A DNA stretch of 64,000 nt from Camelus ferus (Eukaryota), in NCBI RefSeq assembly GCF_009834535.1, contig NC_045696.1:30506001-30570000 (forward strand), written 5' to 3'. Of this stretch, positions 49,668-63,154 are shown piece after piece (the first letter of the stretch is position 1; the number at the start of each line of letters is the position of its first letter). Made by a program: the position numbers and the translations under genes. The notes beneath the pieces were generated by a model. It was not told the origin of the DNA, did no database searches, and saw only the letters and a program-made list of their open reading frames with translations.

Positions 49668-50439
49668 TGTATTTAGAATAAAAATAGTATTTCTACTTCA
49701 CATACTGGATTGTTGAGGTCCTTGAGAACTATAATTGTCTGTTCATTTTTCAGAATCTTAGAATAATATTTCCCAATTTAAACAGGTCAGCTATATATGT
49801 GTTGTATGGGACATACATCCAGGTTCAAATATAATCAGAATGAAAACATTTTTAATATTTTCAGCATATTTAATTTTTGATATTATGATCATTTGTCATT
49901 TTGAAATAAACACATTATCTGTGATCAGATGGATTTAAATCAAATTTAGGGAATAATTTGGAGTTATTCAGTAATTACAGTAATAAGCTCTGACTTGATG
50001 TTAACATAATTCCAGAAAAATTTAAACTAGAAAGTCTTTCAGTTTTACAAAGGCTTGTTTATACCTTTCCAAAATATCAAATAATATTCCTAATGCTTAC
50101 ATGCTTTATCAGTATCTTTAATGTTGTCCACTGTTTCAGAGATCTGATATTCCTATTGCATAAACCACCTCTGAAAGTGATTTAATGCTTCAGCAGGTTT
50201 TGAATGTTTTTAAATGATTCTCTAAATCTGGCAAGACCTACTTGTCCATCTGTAGATTGTTTCCTATGTGCAAATGTGCATTGTTCACATGTGGGCCATA
50301 ATGTGCACACAAATATTCAACTTAATTAGAACTCTCAGAATCTTTCAAATTAGAAAGAGACACTGGGGTATCACCAATTAGAGTCAAGTGAGACTGGAAA
50401 AATCTGGTGTTAGTTAGCTGAAACTGTCCTAAGTCAGTC

Positions 50440-50595
50440 AACCTGCAACTGCTAAGACCATCATCACACTAAGGTGACTGGGAAGCTTTATACTGATCCC
50501 TCGTCTCCACCCTCAGAAATTCTAATTTGATTGTCCTGGGAAAGAGCCCAATTTGAATTGCGATTGATTCTAACGTGTACTCCAGGTTGACTATC
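50440..50595. mobile_element. MER5-type hAT-Charlie MITE
   Basis: CCACCCTCAGAAATTCTAATTTGATTG...TGATTCTAACGTGTACTCCAGGTTGA. Confidence 0.6.
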
Positions 50596-50643
50596 GGTGT
50601 AGATGAGTGATACTAGTCCAATTCGTACGTTCCTTGAAGACCT

Positions 50644-51352
50644 TATGGTAGGCAGAATTTGTAAAATGTCTCCCAAAGATACCAAACCCGAATTCTCCAG
50701 AAACTGACAATATAAGCAGACATTACTTTGGTGATTGTTACGTTATATGGCATGTTTGACTTTAAGGAAAGTAGAGTCCCTGGTAGGCTTGCTCAAATCA
50801 CGTGAGCTCTTAAATGCAGAGAACTATCCCCACCTGTTGGCAGAAGTAAAATCAGGGATTCAAGGCACAAGGCACAGCAGTGGCTGCTGTTGGCTTTGAA
50901 GATGGAGGAGGCTCCATGAAAAAGAAAAGGGACTGATAGCCTTCAGAAGCTAAGAGCACCTCCTGATCAAGAGCCAGTAAGAAAATGGGGCCCTCAGTCA
51001 GCCCCGAGAAACTGGATCCTACAAACAACCTGAATGAGTTTGGAAGCAAATTCTCTGAATTAAGAGCACCTCCTGATTGAGAGCCAGTAAGAAAATAGGG
51101 CCCTCAGTCAGCCTGGAGGAACAGGATTCTACAAACAACTTGAATGAGTTTGGAAGCAAATTCTTCTCCGGACACTCCAGTTAAGAACCCAACCTGGTTG
51201 AAATCTTGATTTTGGTCTTAAGAGATTCTAAGCAGAGAACCCTCACGCCTGCCTGGACTTCTGACTTACAAAAATGTGAGTTACTAAATGGGCATTATTT
51301 TAAGCCACTAAATTAGTGGTAATTTGTTACTCAGACATAGAAAATGAATATA
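50644..51352 (+). mobile_element. MLT1E-type solo LTR with internal 110-bp tandem duplication
   Basis: TGGTAGGCAGAAT start; GCCAGTAAGAAAATGGGGCCCTCAGTC; TAAGCCACTAAATTAGTGGTAATTTGTTAC end. Confidence 0.88.
50951..51164. repeat. Tandem duplication, period 110 bp
   Basis: 50951-51054 vs 51061-51164: 9 mismatches in 104 bp by hand count, no indels, 6-bp spacer CTGAAT. Confidence 0.95.
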
Positions 51353-51570
51353 GACCTCAAATATTCTTTAAACCAGATCCCCAGGCCTGTTACGTGTTTT
51401 CAGAAATTAATACATGAAACTTCAGTTCCTAGGTCAAATCTCTCCCAACTATCCTGTATCTCAGTTATGACCTCTGTTCATCCTCTACCTCCCAAATTCT
51501 TCTTCCTTAAAGGAATTTACATATTTTCGGTGGCTTTATCACTCTTTCATGAAATAATTTCCTGTGCCTT

Positions 51571-51759
51571 CTTTTGCGACTGAAACTTTTCTTCCCTGAA
51601 GAGTTTCCTCTTCAGTACCTCTCCCCTCCCCCCGCACCCGGCCCCAGGTGATACTCCTAATTATAGCTTCTGCTCCTTTTGTGACTGAACCTTTTCTTCC
51701 CTGAAAAGTACCTCTCCCCTTCCACCCCGCCCCAGGTGATATTCTTAATTATTGCTTCT
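51571..51759. repeat. Tandem duplication, period ~105 bp
   Basis: CTTTTGYGACTGAA.CTTTTCTTCCCTGAA...AGTACCTCTCCCCT...GCCCCAGGTGATAYTCYTAATTAT.GCTTCT at 51571 and 51676. Confidence 0.93.
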
Positions 51760-52599
51760 AGCCCATTTCCTCACCACCTTCTAGGAAAACAAGTCAACAC
51801 ACCACCAAAGTAAAATATGTATAAGGCTTTGTGGTCCCTGTCATTGTTTAAAACCCCTCCCCAACGATCTTTCCTCACTCCTAATAGTTGACACACATTA
51901 AATTCTTAAAAACTGACTCTTTCACAAAAGACATTGTTCAGTTCTTTGAATGGTTTCATACATTGCATGGATAACTTTCCTTCTGATGATTTTGACCCAT
52001 AATTTCTTAACCTCCTGATTTATAAAGACTTTTTTACCATTATTTTTTAAATGCCTCCTCCGCAAGAGGAACTTTTGATAGCCTTGACTCTAATCTCTAA
52101 AGTTAACAAAGCATATGCCTGTCTAGAAAAAAAAAAAAAAAAAAAACTGACTTCCTTGGTCATAAGGAAAACTATAAATAATTTCTTTTCATTAAAACAC
52201 CCAATCCATATCCTTTTTTTTTCCTGTCAGTTCTTTCTTCATTTGTGTTCTATCCAGCAAAAAGTTCATATCACATTCATTCATTAACAACCTGAATTTC
52301 CTTACCTGGCATGACAAAAACACAAACAGTGAAAGAATTTGTAAGTTATTTCTGTGCTTTGTTAGTTGTAATAAGGGCATGTTGCAGATATGAAAGACAC
52401 AGAACCAAGAACCTTAAGGATGATTGCAATGGAGTTTGACATTTCAATTGATGCATGCTACTAAAATTCTGTGTTCAAATTCAGTGCCCTAATTTGCTAA
52501 GACAGTAACTTTAAAACTTTTCCATTATTTACACACATCTGATCTTCCACTAAATCCTCTCCATGCAGAAGGTTTAAGATGGGAAAGCCTCCTACCAAT

Positions 52600-54240
52600 C
52601 TTCCTGTGTCCGCAGTTTATTTCCTGGTACAATGCAGGGGCTGTTCCTCCAAATATTTTAGGTGATTAAATTGTGCCGTAGATTATGGTTCCTTTTGCCA
52701 TCTCAAGAACTGAAAATCCAACTACTTTCTCTTGTACATTCAATATCCACATTCTGCCACTTTACAGTATCTCCTGTTTTAAGAGAAAATACTAAACATA
52801 CAATGTTGACCACACATGGTCCTCCTGTTGCCTAATCAGCCTCCTTCCATTATGGATGAATTTCTTCTTTCACTAACTTTCTGACACCTCTACATCCGAC
52901 TTCAACCTTACTTACACTCCTAGTCTTACTAAGGTTACCAATGACCCGTACCTCTATGTCTTTACGTTTATTGGATATTTTATATTTTGTCTTGCTTAAC
53001 TTCTTAGGAACATTTGGACTGAAAAATCTCTCATCTATTGTATTCCCTGACAAAACTTTGCTGGTTTTTCTTCTACCACTTTGGTCACTCTGTCCTTTTT
53101 TTTTTTTTTTTTTTTTTTTTACCTGCCATCACATTTTCATTTACTTAATTAAGCATTAGTGTTGGGGTTCTTGACACTTCATCTTGAACTTTCTTCTTCT
53201 CAGTCTATATAACTTTTTCTGAGTAGGTTGGTTAAATATTTATATCTAAGTGACTCCCAAATTTATATCTCTAGCTCTGGTATCTTCTCTGAGTCCTAAA
53301 CATGTATTAACCCCAAACTTAATATTGAGAAACTAAATCCAACCCATGCACCTCAATCCCTTAAAATGGCCTCCTCTAGAGTTCCTTATTCCAGTGAATG
53401 ACAACATGCCTGAACTGTTCCAAGGGGCCAGAGACCAGGGAATCACAATTTAATCTTCAACTTTATATCTAATCCATCACTTATGCTACCAGCAGGAGGG
53501 AAATAAGAATTACCTTGGTTCTTAGCAGAAAAAAATGAATTTTTAACAAGAGACAGAAAGCGTGGTATAAACAAGATTTTATTAGTAAAATAAAAAGGTA
53601 AAAAACCAAACTACACTCCTGAGAATTGGGAGCCGGCCAATCCAAGAAAAAATGGTACCTTTCCTTTGTTTTTTCTGTTTTTATATCCTGGCTTAGCGTT
53701 AGGGGGCGTTTTCCTGATTGATTGATTGATTGATTGATGGCTCAGGTTCTTTGAGTGCTCAGGCTGATTGACAGCTCAGGTTCTTTGAGTGCTAAGGCTG
53801 ATTTACAGATCACGTTCCTCGTGCTCATCCCTTTTGTGCAGGTTCTTATCCACAATGCACGCAGAGAAACCTATGGGAGGGGGCTCAAACTGCAATGTTA
53901 GTTACATTATAATGAGCATTGTGTCAGGTTAAGCCAGAATCTTCTCTCTATTGAGCGGCTGCAGTGTTCAATCCTAACCAGCTTCTTCGCTGGCCCTCAT
54001 TTTAGAGAAAGTAAGTTTTTGGAGCCCCTTATTCTGAGTAAAGGCGTACTGTTATTTTCTGGTTGCTCTTTCCCCCTTCCTCTCCTGTTAATCGGTGCTC
54101 ATTTCTATCTAACTGCCTAACACTCAGACTATTGATTTTCTTCCTAATGATCTCTCATTTTTACTCACCTCTCTAATTCCATAATTTTTCTTTCCTAATT
54201 TCATCCACCATTATCTCCTTCGACTTGAATCTTCCCTGGT
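52600..54240 (+). mobile_element. Degraded L2, interrupted by an ERV1 LTR
   Basis: TGACTCCCAAATTTATATCTCTAGC; AATCCATCAC left of the LTR; CCACCATTATCTC right of it. Confidence 0.6.
53484..54122 (-). mobile_element. Solo ERV1-class LTR, lineage-specific and relatively young
   Basis: TG...CA termini; 4-bp near-TSD CTTA/CTCA; minus-strand TATAAAA (53679-53685) and AATAAA (53578-53583); retained CpGs. Confidence 0.85.
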
Positions 54241-56464
54241 TTAATAAAACATTTCTTGATTGAGAAATTAAGCTTGGTCCTATGTCAATATGTTGATAAA
54301 TACACAATAAATAAATAAAATATATATTTTTCCCCTTTGGAGATGCATTGTTTTCACATAGTGGCCAATTTTACTGTGAGATGTTTTTAATTCTTAGGTG
54401 AACTTTCTGCACAGATTAGAATTTATTAAAGCCATTCAAGTTTTAAATTGATATTAAGTTATTAAAGTAACTTTAGAATCTAGTATTCTTTAAGCATTTA
54501 AATTCAGCTTATAAATAATGCTGTTATATTTATAAATCTAGTAAAGAAAATTACATTTTATTTTATTCATGTTTGTTTACCTCAAGTTAAGCAGATTATA
54601 TTCTCATATAATTTTAATTTAAAACTTAAATTTCCTCATAGTTCAAACTTTAAAATTTAGTATATTCCATTTTCTTTCAAACAGTTCAATTTTGTATATG
54701 ACATACTAAGTAAACTTTTGAAGCAATTAAATGTCTCTTAAATTTAATATATTAATTTATTAATACAGTGAAATTAAAGTTTGCTCAGTCCAATGCTGTT
54801 TATAGACTAAATCAAATAAATTATCATATACATTCCTAATTAAAATCTTAAAAAATACAAAATTCCACATGTTAAATGAAAATTTGAAACCTAGTGTATT
54901 AGATCCTCCAAATTTACTAAGTTGCTAAAATGTTACATGACATTTAAACAGATTTAATTGAATACAAAATTGCTAATACCATGGGCATGATTTATTTTGT
55001 TATCCTATTTAATAATAAATCTTCCTGAGATTAAAATTAATTTTTTTTTATTTAAAAAAAGTACTTAAGAAAAGAGCTTAATTATTTCAAGGGAGTAGAA
55101 CTTGTCAGCCTAAACAAAGGAGTTTGTTAATTAGCTAACAGATCAGAAAGCTGAGATATACATGTTGGGCCTTAAAAATACATATTTTCTCAGTTATTTT
55201 TCTACATGAGCATGGGTGTATCAAGCAGAGATCTTTGAGAAGGATTGGTTTCAAAATCTACTTTCTGAATACAGTTTGTATAATTACCTGTTTCTTCCAA
55301 TTTATCTGAAACCTAAATCCCAAATCATGACTAATTCCTTCACTTAACTCTTAATTACCACTTCAATTATTTAAAAAAAAATGCTTAACATGAATGTTAC
55401 TTTTAAAAATCACACATGCAACACCCAGTTTCAACAACAGATACACTGCTGTTCTGTTTTATCTATTCGTCATTACCATTTCCCCATTTTTTTGGCTTGT
55501 ATTATTTTATTGGTTTAAAAAAATCACAGTGAAATAATTCCTGATTGAATTTGATTATTTTCTAATTTCTCTTCTTATTTATTTATTTTTCGTTTTTGGC
55601 CAGGACTCTTATCATAAAGATATTTAAATAATATCTAAATAGATTCTGAATTTCCTTTCTGTATTATTTTCTAATGGGTTTGAGGGAGGGATGAGTTTAA
55701 ATCAGCAAAGTCATGATAATGATAGACCACTCCAACCCAGTCAGCTTAGCTTCAGCTCCTGTTCTCCAGTTACTGTGTCTCTGTAAGAGCTCAAGCTTGT
55801 TTTGTTTTATTGCTTATTTGGATTACAGCTTGCCAGATTCTTTGTGGTTAGATAAGGTTTGAAGGTCATGGAAGTAGTGGCAATTCAAACAATAGTGAAA
55901 GCTATTTCTATCTTTCATGGTGGTGATGGAAAAGAAAGCAAAAAAATCTAATCTTAAACTGAGTCACCAGAAGCTTTCAGATAGTAGCAATTCTCTGCAG
56001 CTGCTTCTACTCTAGTTTAAGTACAGGGAACACCTGAGGCTGTAGTGCAGAGCTCCTCCAGGCACACACTGATATTTTTATCAGTATATATTAGAAGTGT
56101 ATGTAAATTGAATTAAAACATGTACTTTTTTGTCTCTTTTACGAATAAAATTAGTTTGTAATTCTTCTACATTGTAGTGTGTATCAGTAGTTCATGACAT
56201 TTTTTTATGAGTTGTAATACATTCTCTGGTTTCATCACATTGGTTTATTCATTTACTTGATGAAAGATATCTGAATTTTTTCCAGATTTTATAAACAAGC
56301 TGGATTGAACATTCATGTTCAAGTTTTTGTGTGGACACCTGCCTTCATTTTCAATGGGTGATACCTAGGAGTGGATTGTCTGGATCATACGATAGGTAAG
56401 TGTATGACTTTTAAGATATCATCAAACAATTTTTCAAAGTGGTTGCATTGTTTTACATTCCTAC

Positions 56465-57052
56465 TGTTACTGGGGAGTAGTTTCTTGTCTCGTCACAAAT
56501 AATTCAGAGACAAGACACAGAATTCAACAAAGTAAAGTGAGAATTTATTAAGTAATAGGATGCTCTCAAGGGGAGAGCAGGCTGGCTCAGGTGGGCACCT
56601 GTGCTGAGTTTCTTTGACTAGCTGGTTACATAGGGTGTAAAAGTAAATGGATGGAATATTTATTGGAGAAGGAGTTTGGAGTTGTATTCCCTGGTTTTCA
56701 TGCCACCTCCACCTTCCCAAGGGGAGGAGGGATTTTTGTCCTTATTTGGTCTTGATTGGAATTGTCATTGTGTAGGTGAATGCTGGATACTTCTTATCTG
56801 CAAGGCTAATTTTATTATAATGAGGACACAATGAGCAAAAGGTTACATTTGGACACTGGAGATTCCTGCCTTTTCCCACCTTTCTCTGTCTGCCTCCAGG
56901 CCACTTGTCACCCCAAAATGTGTGGTTTCTTGCCAGTCTGGAGGTTCCTGCTTTTCTCTATCTGCCCAAGGACCCCCACTGTTCAAAAGATGTATGGTTT
57001 CCAGCCATTTGGCCTATGTCCCCTTTCTCTACTCATATCTGGCTATCTGCTC
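56465..57052 (-). mobile_element. ERV1-class solo LTR inserted in the old L1
   Basis: Starts TGTTACTGGGG; AATTTATTAAG; ATTATAATGAG shared with the 53.5-kb LTR; interrupts the L1 motif TTACATTCCTAC|CAG; U3 end looks eroded. Confidence 0.8.
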
Positions 57053-57559
57053 CAGTATTGCCACTCTGCACAGTAATGCCAGTTCCTCCACATTATGCCT
57101 GACGGTAGATTAGGCTTCAATTTTAGCTGTTCTAATAGATCTGCAGCAGTATCACAGTATAAAGTAAGTTTTCATATATCTAGTGACTAATGATACTGAG
57201 CTTCTTTTCACATACTTCACGTACATGTTTGCCATCTGTCAATTGCCTATAATAAAATAACTGGTCAGGTATTTTGGCAATTTTTACAATTTATTTGCCT
57301 TTTATTATTAATTCAAAGTATAATTTAATATTGTGAATAGAAGACCTTCAGATAAGTGCTTTGCAAATATTTTCTGTCAGTATTTGGCTTTATCTTCATG
57401 TATTATAATGGCATTTTCTAAAATTTCAATTTCCAATTGTTTGTTCACTGGTATAAAGATATACAACTGTTTTTTGCATATTGATCTTGTGCTTAGCGAC
57501 CATGTTAAATTCACTTTATTAGATTTTTTTGGTAGATTTCAGTGGACTTTCTGTAGTCT

Positions 57560-59260
57560 TTTCAGTGTCTTTCAAATAGCACAATTTTTAAATTTGAGTT
57601 CCAATTTAATAATTTGTTTTTTATGAATTATGTGGTTTTTTTTTTTGGCATGTAGATGTCTGATTGTTCCAGTACCATTTGTGGCAGAGAATATATTTAC
57701 TCCATTGTATTGCTTTTGCTTCTTGGTCAAAGATCAGATGACTATATTTATAGGATATATTTCTGGGGTCTCTGTTTTCCATTGCTTACTTTGTTTAATA
57801 CTGTGCTGTCTTGATTACTGTGGTTTGTAGTAAGTCTTGATGTCAGTGAGCATCAGTCTTCCAATTAGAATTTTCTCCTTCAATACTACGGTGTCCAGTC
57901 TGGTTTTTTGTCTCTTCATATAAACTCTAGAGTCACTATGTCAATATAGAAGCTTTCTGGAATTTTGATTGAGATTGCATTGAATCTATAGATCAATTTA
58001 GGAAAAAACTAAAATTTTGGGACTATTGAGTCTTTCTATCAATAAACATCTCCCTATTTATTCATTTATTTCATTTGTCAGTGTTATGTAGTTTTCCTCA
58101 TATAGATTTTTCCATATTTTGTTAGATTTATACCTAACTTTTATTTTGGGGAGTGCTCATGTAAATGTTACTGTTTTTAATTCCAAATTCAACTTGTTGA
58201 TTGCTGGTATATAGGAATGCAATTGACTTAAGTATATTAACTTTGTATTCTGCAACCTTGCTAGTCACTTAGAGCACTTATTAGTTCCAGGAGTTTTTTT
58301 GTTAATTTTTTCAAATTTTTTTACATAGACGGTCGTGTCATCTGCAAAACAAAGAGATGTTTTGTATCTTCCTTTCCAATCTGTATACCTTATTATGTTT
58401 GTTTATTGCCTTATTGCATTAGTAGGGACTTCCAGTATGATGTTGAAAAGGAGTAGTGACATCCTTGCCTTGTACCTGATCTTAGTGGAAATGTCTCAAG
58501 TTTCTCACTATTAACTATAATGTTAGCTGCAGGTTGTTCTTACATAATCTTTAACAAATTGAGAAAGTTCCTCTCTAATTCTAGTTTTCTGAGAGCTTTT
58601 AGCATAAATGGATGTTAGAATTTTTCATTTTTTAGTGTCTATTGATATGATAGTGTGAATTTTCCTTTTAGTCTGTTGATGTGATGAATTACATTAATTG
58701 ATTTTTGAATGTTAAAACATCCTTTCATAAATGGGATATCCCACTCGATTGTAGTATATAAGTCCTTTTATACTTTCTTGGATTCAGTTTGCTAATATTT
58801 TGTTGAAAATGTGTGTATCTATGTTCCATAGAGGTACTGAGTTGTAGTTTTCTTATACGGTCTTCCTGTTATTGGTACTAGAATAATGCTGGCCTCTTTA
58901 AATGAGTCAGGAAATAATCCCTCTGCTTTTATCCTCTGAAAATGATTATAATGAATTGGCATATTTCTTCCCCTAATTGTTTGTTGAAATTCTCTGAACA
59001 AATCTGGGCATGATGTTCTCTGTTTGGGAAAGTTATTAACAGTGGATTCAATTTCTTTAATAAAGAGTGGCTTGTTCAGCTTATCTGTTTCTTCTTGTGA
59101 GAGTTTCACTAGATTGTTTTCCAAGGAAGTGGTTTATTTCACCTAGGCTATCAAATTTGAGGGCACAGAGTTATTCATAGTATTTCCTTGTTATATTTTT
59201 AATGTTCTTCAGATCTGTAGTGATGTCTCCATTTCTAAAATTAGTAACTTGCATCCTCTT
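57560..59260 (-). mobile_element. Second L1 ORF2 segment nested in the older L1
   Basis: Repeats ORF2 positions also present on both flanks; ORF 58819-59124(-) gives LSQEETDKLNKP...EGLFPDSFKEASIILVP, a degenerate ORF2p segment at the start of RT. Confidence 0.75.
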
Positions 59261-61287
59261 GGTCATGATCCCACTTGGTCATGATCTATTAACTTTTTTT
59301 TTTTTTTGCATTTTGCACTTGATCTGTTATTTTTGTAAGTTGTTGCATTTATATTCATGAAAAATACTTGTCTGTTTTTTCTTTTCTTGTACTGTCTATA
59401 GTTTTGGTATCATGGTAATAATAAACTAGTTTGAAATTACTTATTCCACTTCTATATTCTGGACAAGTTTTTGTGGAATTTTTAACATTATTTTCTTTAA
59501 ACATTTGGTATATTTTGAAAGTGAAACCATCTAAACCTGGAATTTTTGATGTGAGAATGGTTTTATCTACATATTCAAATGCTTTTGTAGATAAAGGTCT
59601 ATTCAGGATAATTTCTCTTTAATGAGCTTTTTTCCTTTTGTGAAATGTGTCTATTTAATCTAAGTTACTGAATTTATTGGCATGAATTTGTTTATAATGT
59701 GCCTTTACTGTCCTTTCAATAACTGTAGATGTCTCAGCGATGTAACCTGTTTTATTCCTTATGGTATTGATTTGTGTTGTTTTCTTGCCTCTAATAGTCT
59801 GCCTAGATGTATAAGAATTTTACTGATATTTTCAACAAAGTAGGTGTCGATTTTGTTAATTTTTTTTAAAAAACTGTTACTCTGTGCTCTATTTCATTGA
59901 TTTTTTACTCTGATCTTTAGTTTTTCTTCTTTCTTTTTATTGCATTTGTTCTTATTCAGATTCTTAAATTAAAATAACATCCATTGATTAGAGACTTTTT
60001 TTTATAGTTATTTTGTTATATTTGTTTGCTATATTTTAAAGACATCTCCTAAATTGTACTTTAATTTCATGTTTTTAAAAAATTTCTTCTTTAATTCATG
60101 TGATTATGAATTATATTACCAAGTTCCCAAATATATGGGGAAATTAAAAATGTAGTATTTCTATTATTGATGTCTAATTTAATGCCATTGTGGCCATAGA
60201 ACATTCTTAAGAGTTGAATCTTTTAAAATTTAATGCAATTTCTTTGGGTTCAAAATGTGATATTTTTGAAAAGAATGTGTTTTTTGCTGTTAAGTATAAT
60301 GTTATTTAGCTCAGTTTGATAGTGTTGTCCAAATTTCTGCATCTTCTATAACCTCAATGATATATGTTCTACCTGTTTGGTTAATTGAGAGAGAGAGGGC
60401 TACTGAAGTGTCCAGCTACAGTGTGGATTTACATATTTCTCCTTGCCATTTCATCAGTTTTGCTTCATGTATTTTGGAACTTTTCTTAGGTAGATACATA
60501 TTTAGGATTATTTCCACTAAATTCATTGATCCCTTTATCAGTATGAAATGATTGTCACTGGTAATATTCTTTGCTCAGAAATCTATTTTTTCTCTTATTG
60601 ATATATTCATTCTAGCTTTCTTTTGATTAGTATGATACTTGTTTCCCCATCCTTTCACTTTCAACTTATTTGTGTCTTCCCTTGGGTAGCATATAGTTGT
60701 ATCTTGCTTTCTAAAATAATCAGATCTGGCATTCTCTACCATTTAATTGGGGGTTTAAACTACTACACTAAATGTAATTATTCAGATGGTTAAATTTTAT
60801 TCTATTTTTTTTTGTTTTCTTTTGGTCCTTTCTTTTGTAATTCCTATTTTCTGCCTTATTTAGTTATGCAGAATTAATAACATTTTATTTATTCTGTTGA
60901 CTTATTAGCTATTTGTTAATTTTTTAATGATTGTTTTATGGTTTGTGGTAAACAGTATGAAGCCTTACCTTACCTTAGTCTACATTTATGTTATATTATT
61001 CCACTCCATGTGATGTGTAAAAACATTAGTGTATTTATAATAGTATGCTTCTACTTCTCTCTTGAATTTTGACCTTTTGTTGTCATCCTTTTATTGTTTA
61101 TATATTTTATAAGTTTATAGTATATATACTCTTATTACTTGCATTTAAACTGTCAATTATATCTAATGAGATTTAAATAATTACTTTTTCCAGTGTTCTT
61201 CTTTCCTTTGTATTGATACAGATTCTTTTCTGATATTTTCCTTCTGTCTGAAGGACTTCCTTTAATATTATAGTGTGAGTCTTGTTT

Positions 61288-61316
<29 letters not shown>
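61288..61316. repeat. (TA)n plus poly-T simple repeat
   Basis: Direct reading. Confidence 0.85.
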
Positions 61317-61319
<3 letters not shown>

Positions 61320-63154
61320 TTTTGTATGTCTGAAAAATATACTTTTTTAACCTTCAATTGGGAAAGATATTTTTGCTGAATATAGAATTTCAGATTGACT
61401 TCTGTTTTCTTTCAGCATTTAAACTTTTCAATCTAACTTTCTCTTGGTTACATTTTTTTTTTCAATGAAAAAATGTATCATTCCTATATTTTTCCTTGGT
61501 ACATACTATCTACTGGCTTAAAAAAATTTTTTTTTTCTTTTTGTCTTTCTCGCTGGCTTTAAGTAATTTGATTAAGATATGCCTTATTGTTTTCTTCGTG
61601 ATTATTGTGACTTGAGTTCATTGAGATTTGGAAAAGAAAGTCAGTCCCTATTTTTTCAAAATATTTATTTTACCTCTACTTCTCTTTCCTCTCTTCATGG
61701 ATTCCAATTATATATACATTAGGCCACTTTAATATTCCAAAAGTTCACTGGTATTTTGTTCATGGATTTTGAGTCTCTTTTGTCTCTGTTTCAATTTGAA
61801 AAAATATTTCTAGGTCTTCAAGCTAATTATTTTTTTTCAATTTATTCTAATTAGTTGATTATTCTATTCAGAGTATTCTTTATCTTATGCATTGTAGTTG
61901 TCTTCTCAAGTTCAATTTAGTTCTTTTACACAGTTCATGTCTCTCAACTGTTTAAACACATATTAAAAAGTACTATAATTTTAGTCTAACTTTCTCTGAA
62001 AATTCTAACATTTTTGTTAGTTTTGAATAGGTTCATCTGAGTAATTTACATCTTCAGTATATATTGTATTTTTATGCTCCATAATATTCTTGCTAAAGTA
62101 TTATTGTACTGTGAATAATGTGAATTTTACCTTGTTAGATGCTGGGTGTTTTTATATTCTAACAATTTTTGGCTTTATTCCTGTACAATTTAAGTTTCTT
62201 GAAATGTTTGAGCCTGTGAGATCTTGCTTTTCAGATAATTTAGGAAGGACTGGAACAATTCTCTTCCTAGGTTTACTTGTTCCCTAATATTAAGGCAACT
62301 CTTTTGTGTACTCTCTCCCATGCCTGTTGAATCATTAGGATTTTCAGTCTGGATGATGGGGACAAGAACTAATTCCATCCCTGTGTGAGTGTTGATCGTT
62401 AATTTGTAATTATTCACATGAATCTTTACTTAGTATTTTATTCACATGTTTGTTAATCAGGACTCAGATGGATGTGTGAAGGTGATGCTTTGCTAATATC
62501 AAGAGTTCTGTATCTGTATCACTCTTTTTTTTTTTCTGATAATTTGTTATTTCAATATTAGCCACTACCTTGGTCTACTAGGACCAAAAAACATTGCTTG
62601 TTCATTCTGGTGGTTTCAGGCCAGAGGGTAAATATTTCCCTGTTTTTCCATCTTGGCCTGAAATAGAGGTCTTATATATTTCTTTAGTTCACTTCTCTTT
62701 ACAGTTAAATATAGCTATTGTAATCTTATTCAATGAACTTATATTACAAATCTTAATTTTTTAAAAAAGAATAAAGTTTAGATGAAGAAATTTCAGGGAA
62801 CTCATAATGGCAATATATCTAGATCACCAGTGGTCAAATAATTCTCAGTTTGAATAGATATTCTGACCTGTACATTGAAATGACTCAGTAATTCCTTTTG
62901 ATAAGGATTCCTTTTGTGTGTATGTTTGGGCAAATTTATACTAGAAGTGTTTTTCTAAAGGAATTTTACAGAACTGGTATAAGAAAAAATTCAGTGAAGG
63001 AGAGTAAACTAGTGAAGAATAAGTGAAACAATAACATGATGTTTATTTCCTATAACATTTACTCAAAATTGTAAACCTCAGCTCACACATCTTAGATATT
63101 TTAAAGAGTTGTCAATCATGAAGTTTTTAATGAAACAGCAATCCCATTTTCCAT

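Larger units (their letters stand above)
56100..62670 (-). mobile_element. Long, old L1 (3' region to 5' terminus) containing nested insertions
   Basis: Antisense L1 motifs from the ORF2 C-terminus (GATACCTAGGAGTGGATTG) through ORF1 to a 5' terminus (GGGTAAATATTTCCCTGTTTTTCCATCTTGGCCTGAAATAGAGGTC). Confidence 0.75.

Noticed and set aside
50951..53830. Direct repeats as a CRISPR-like or other programmed array
   Set aside because: Only 2-3 copies each, no unique spacers and no associated genes; ordinary duplications in eukaryotic DNA
56493..57113. Cluster of four short ORFs
   Set aside because: They fall essentially within an ERV1 LTR and show no recognisable protein motif
58819..59124. 101-aa ORF as a host gene
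   Set aside because: Degenerate L1 ORF2p fragment within L1 sequence
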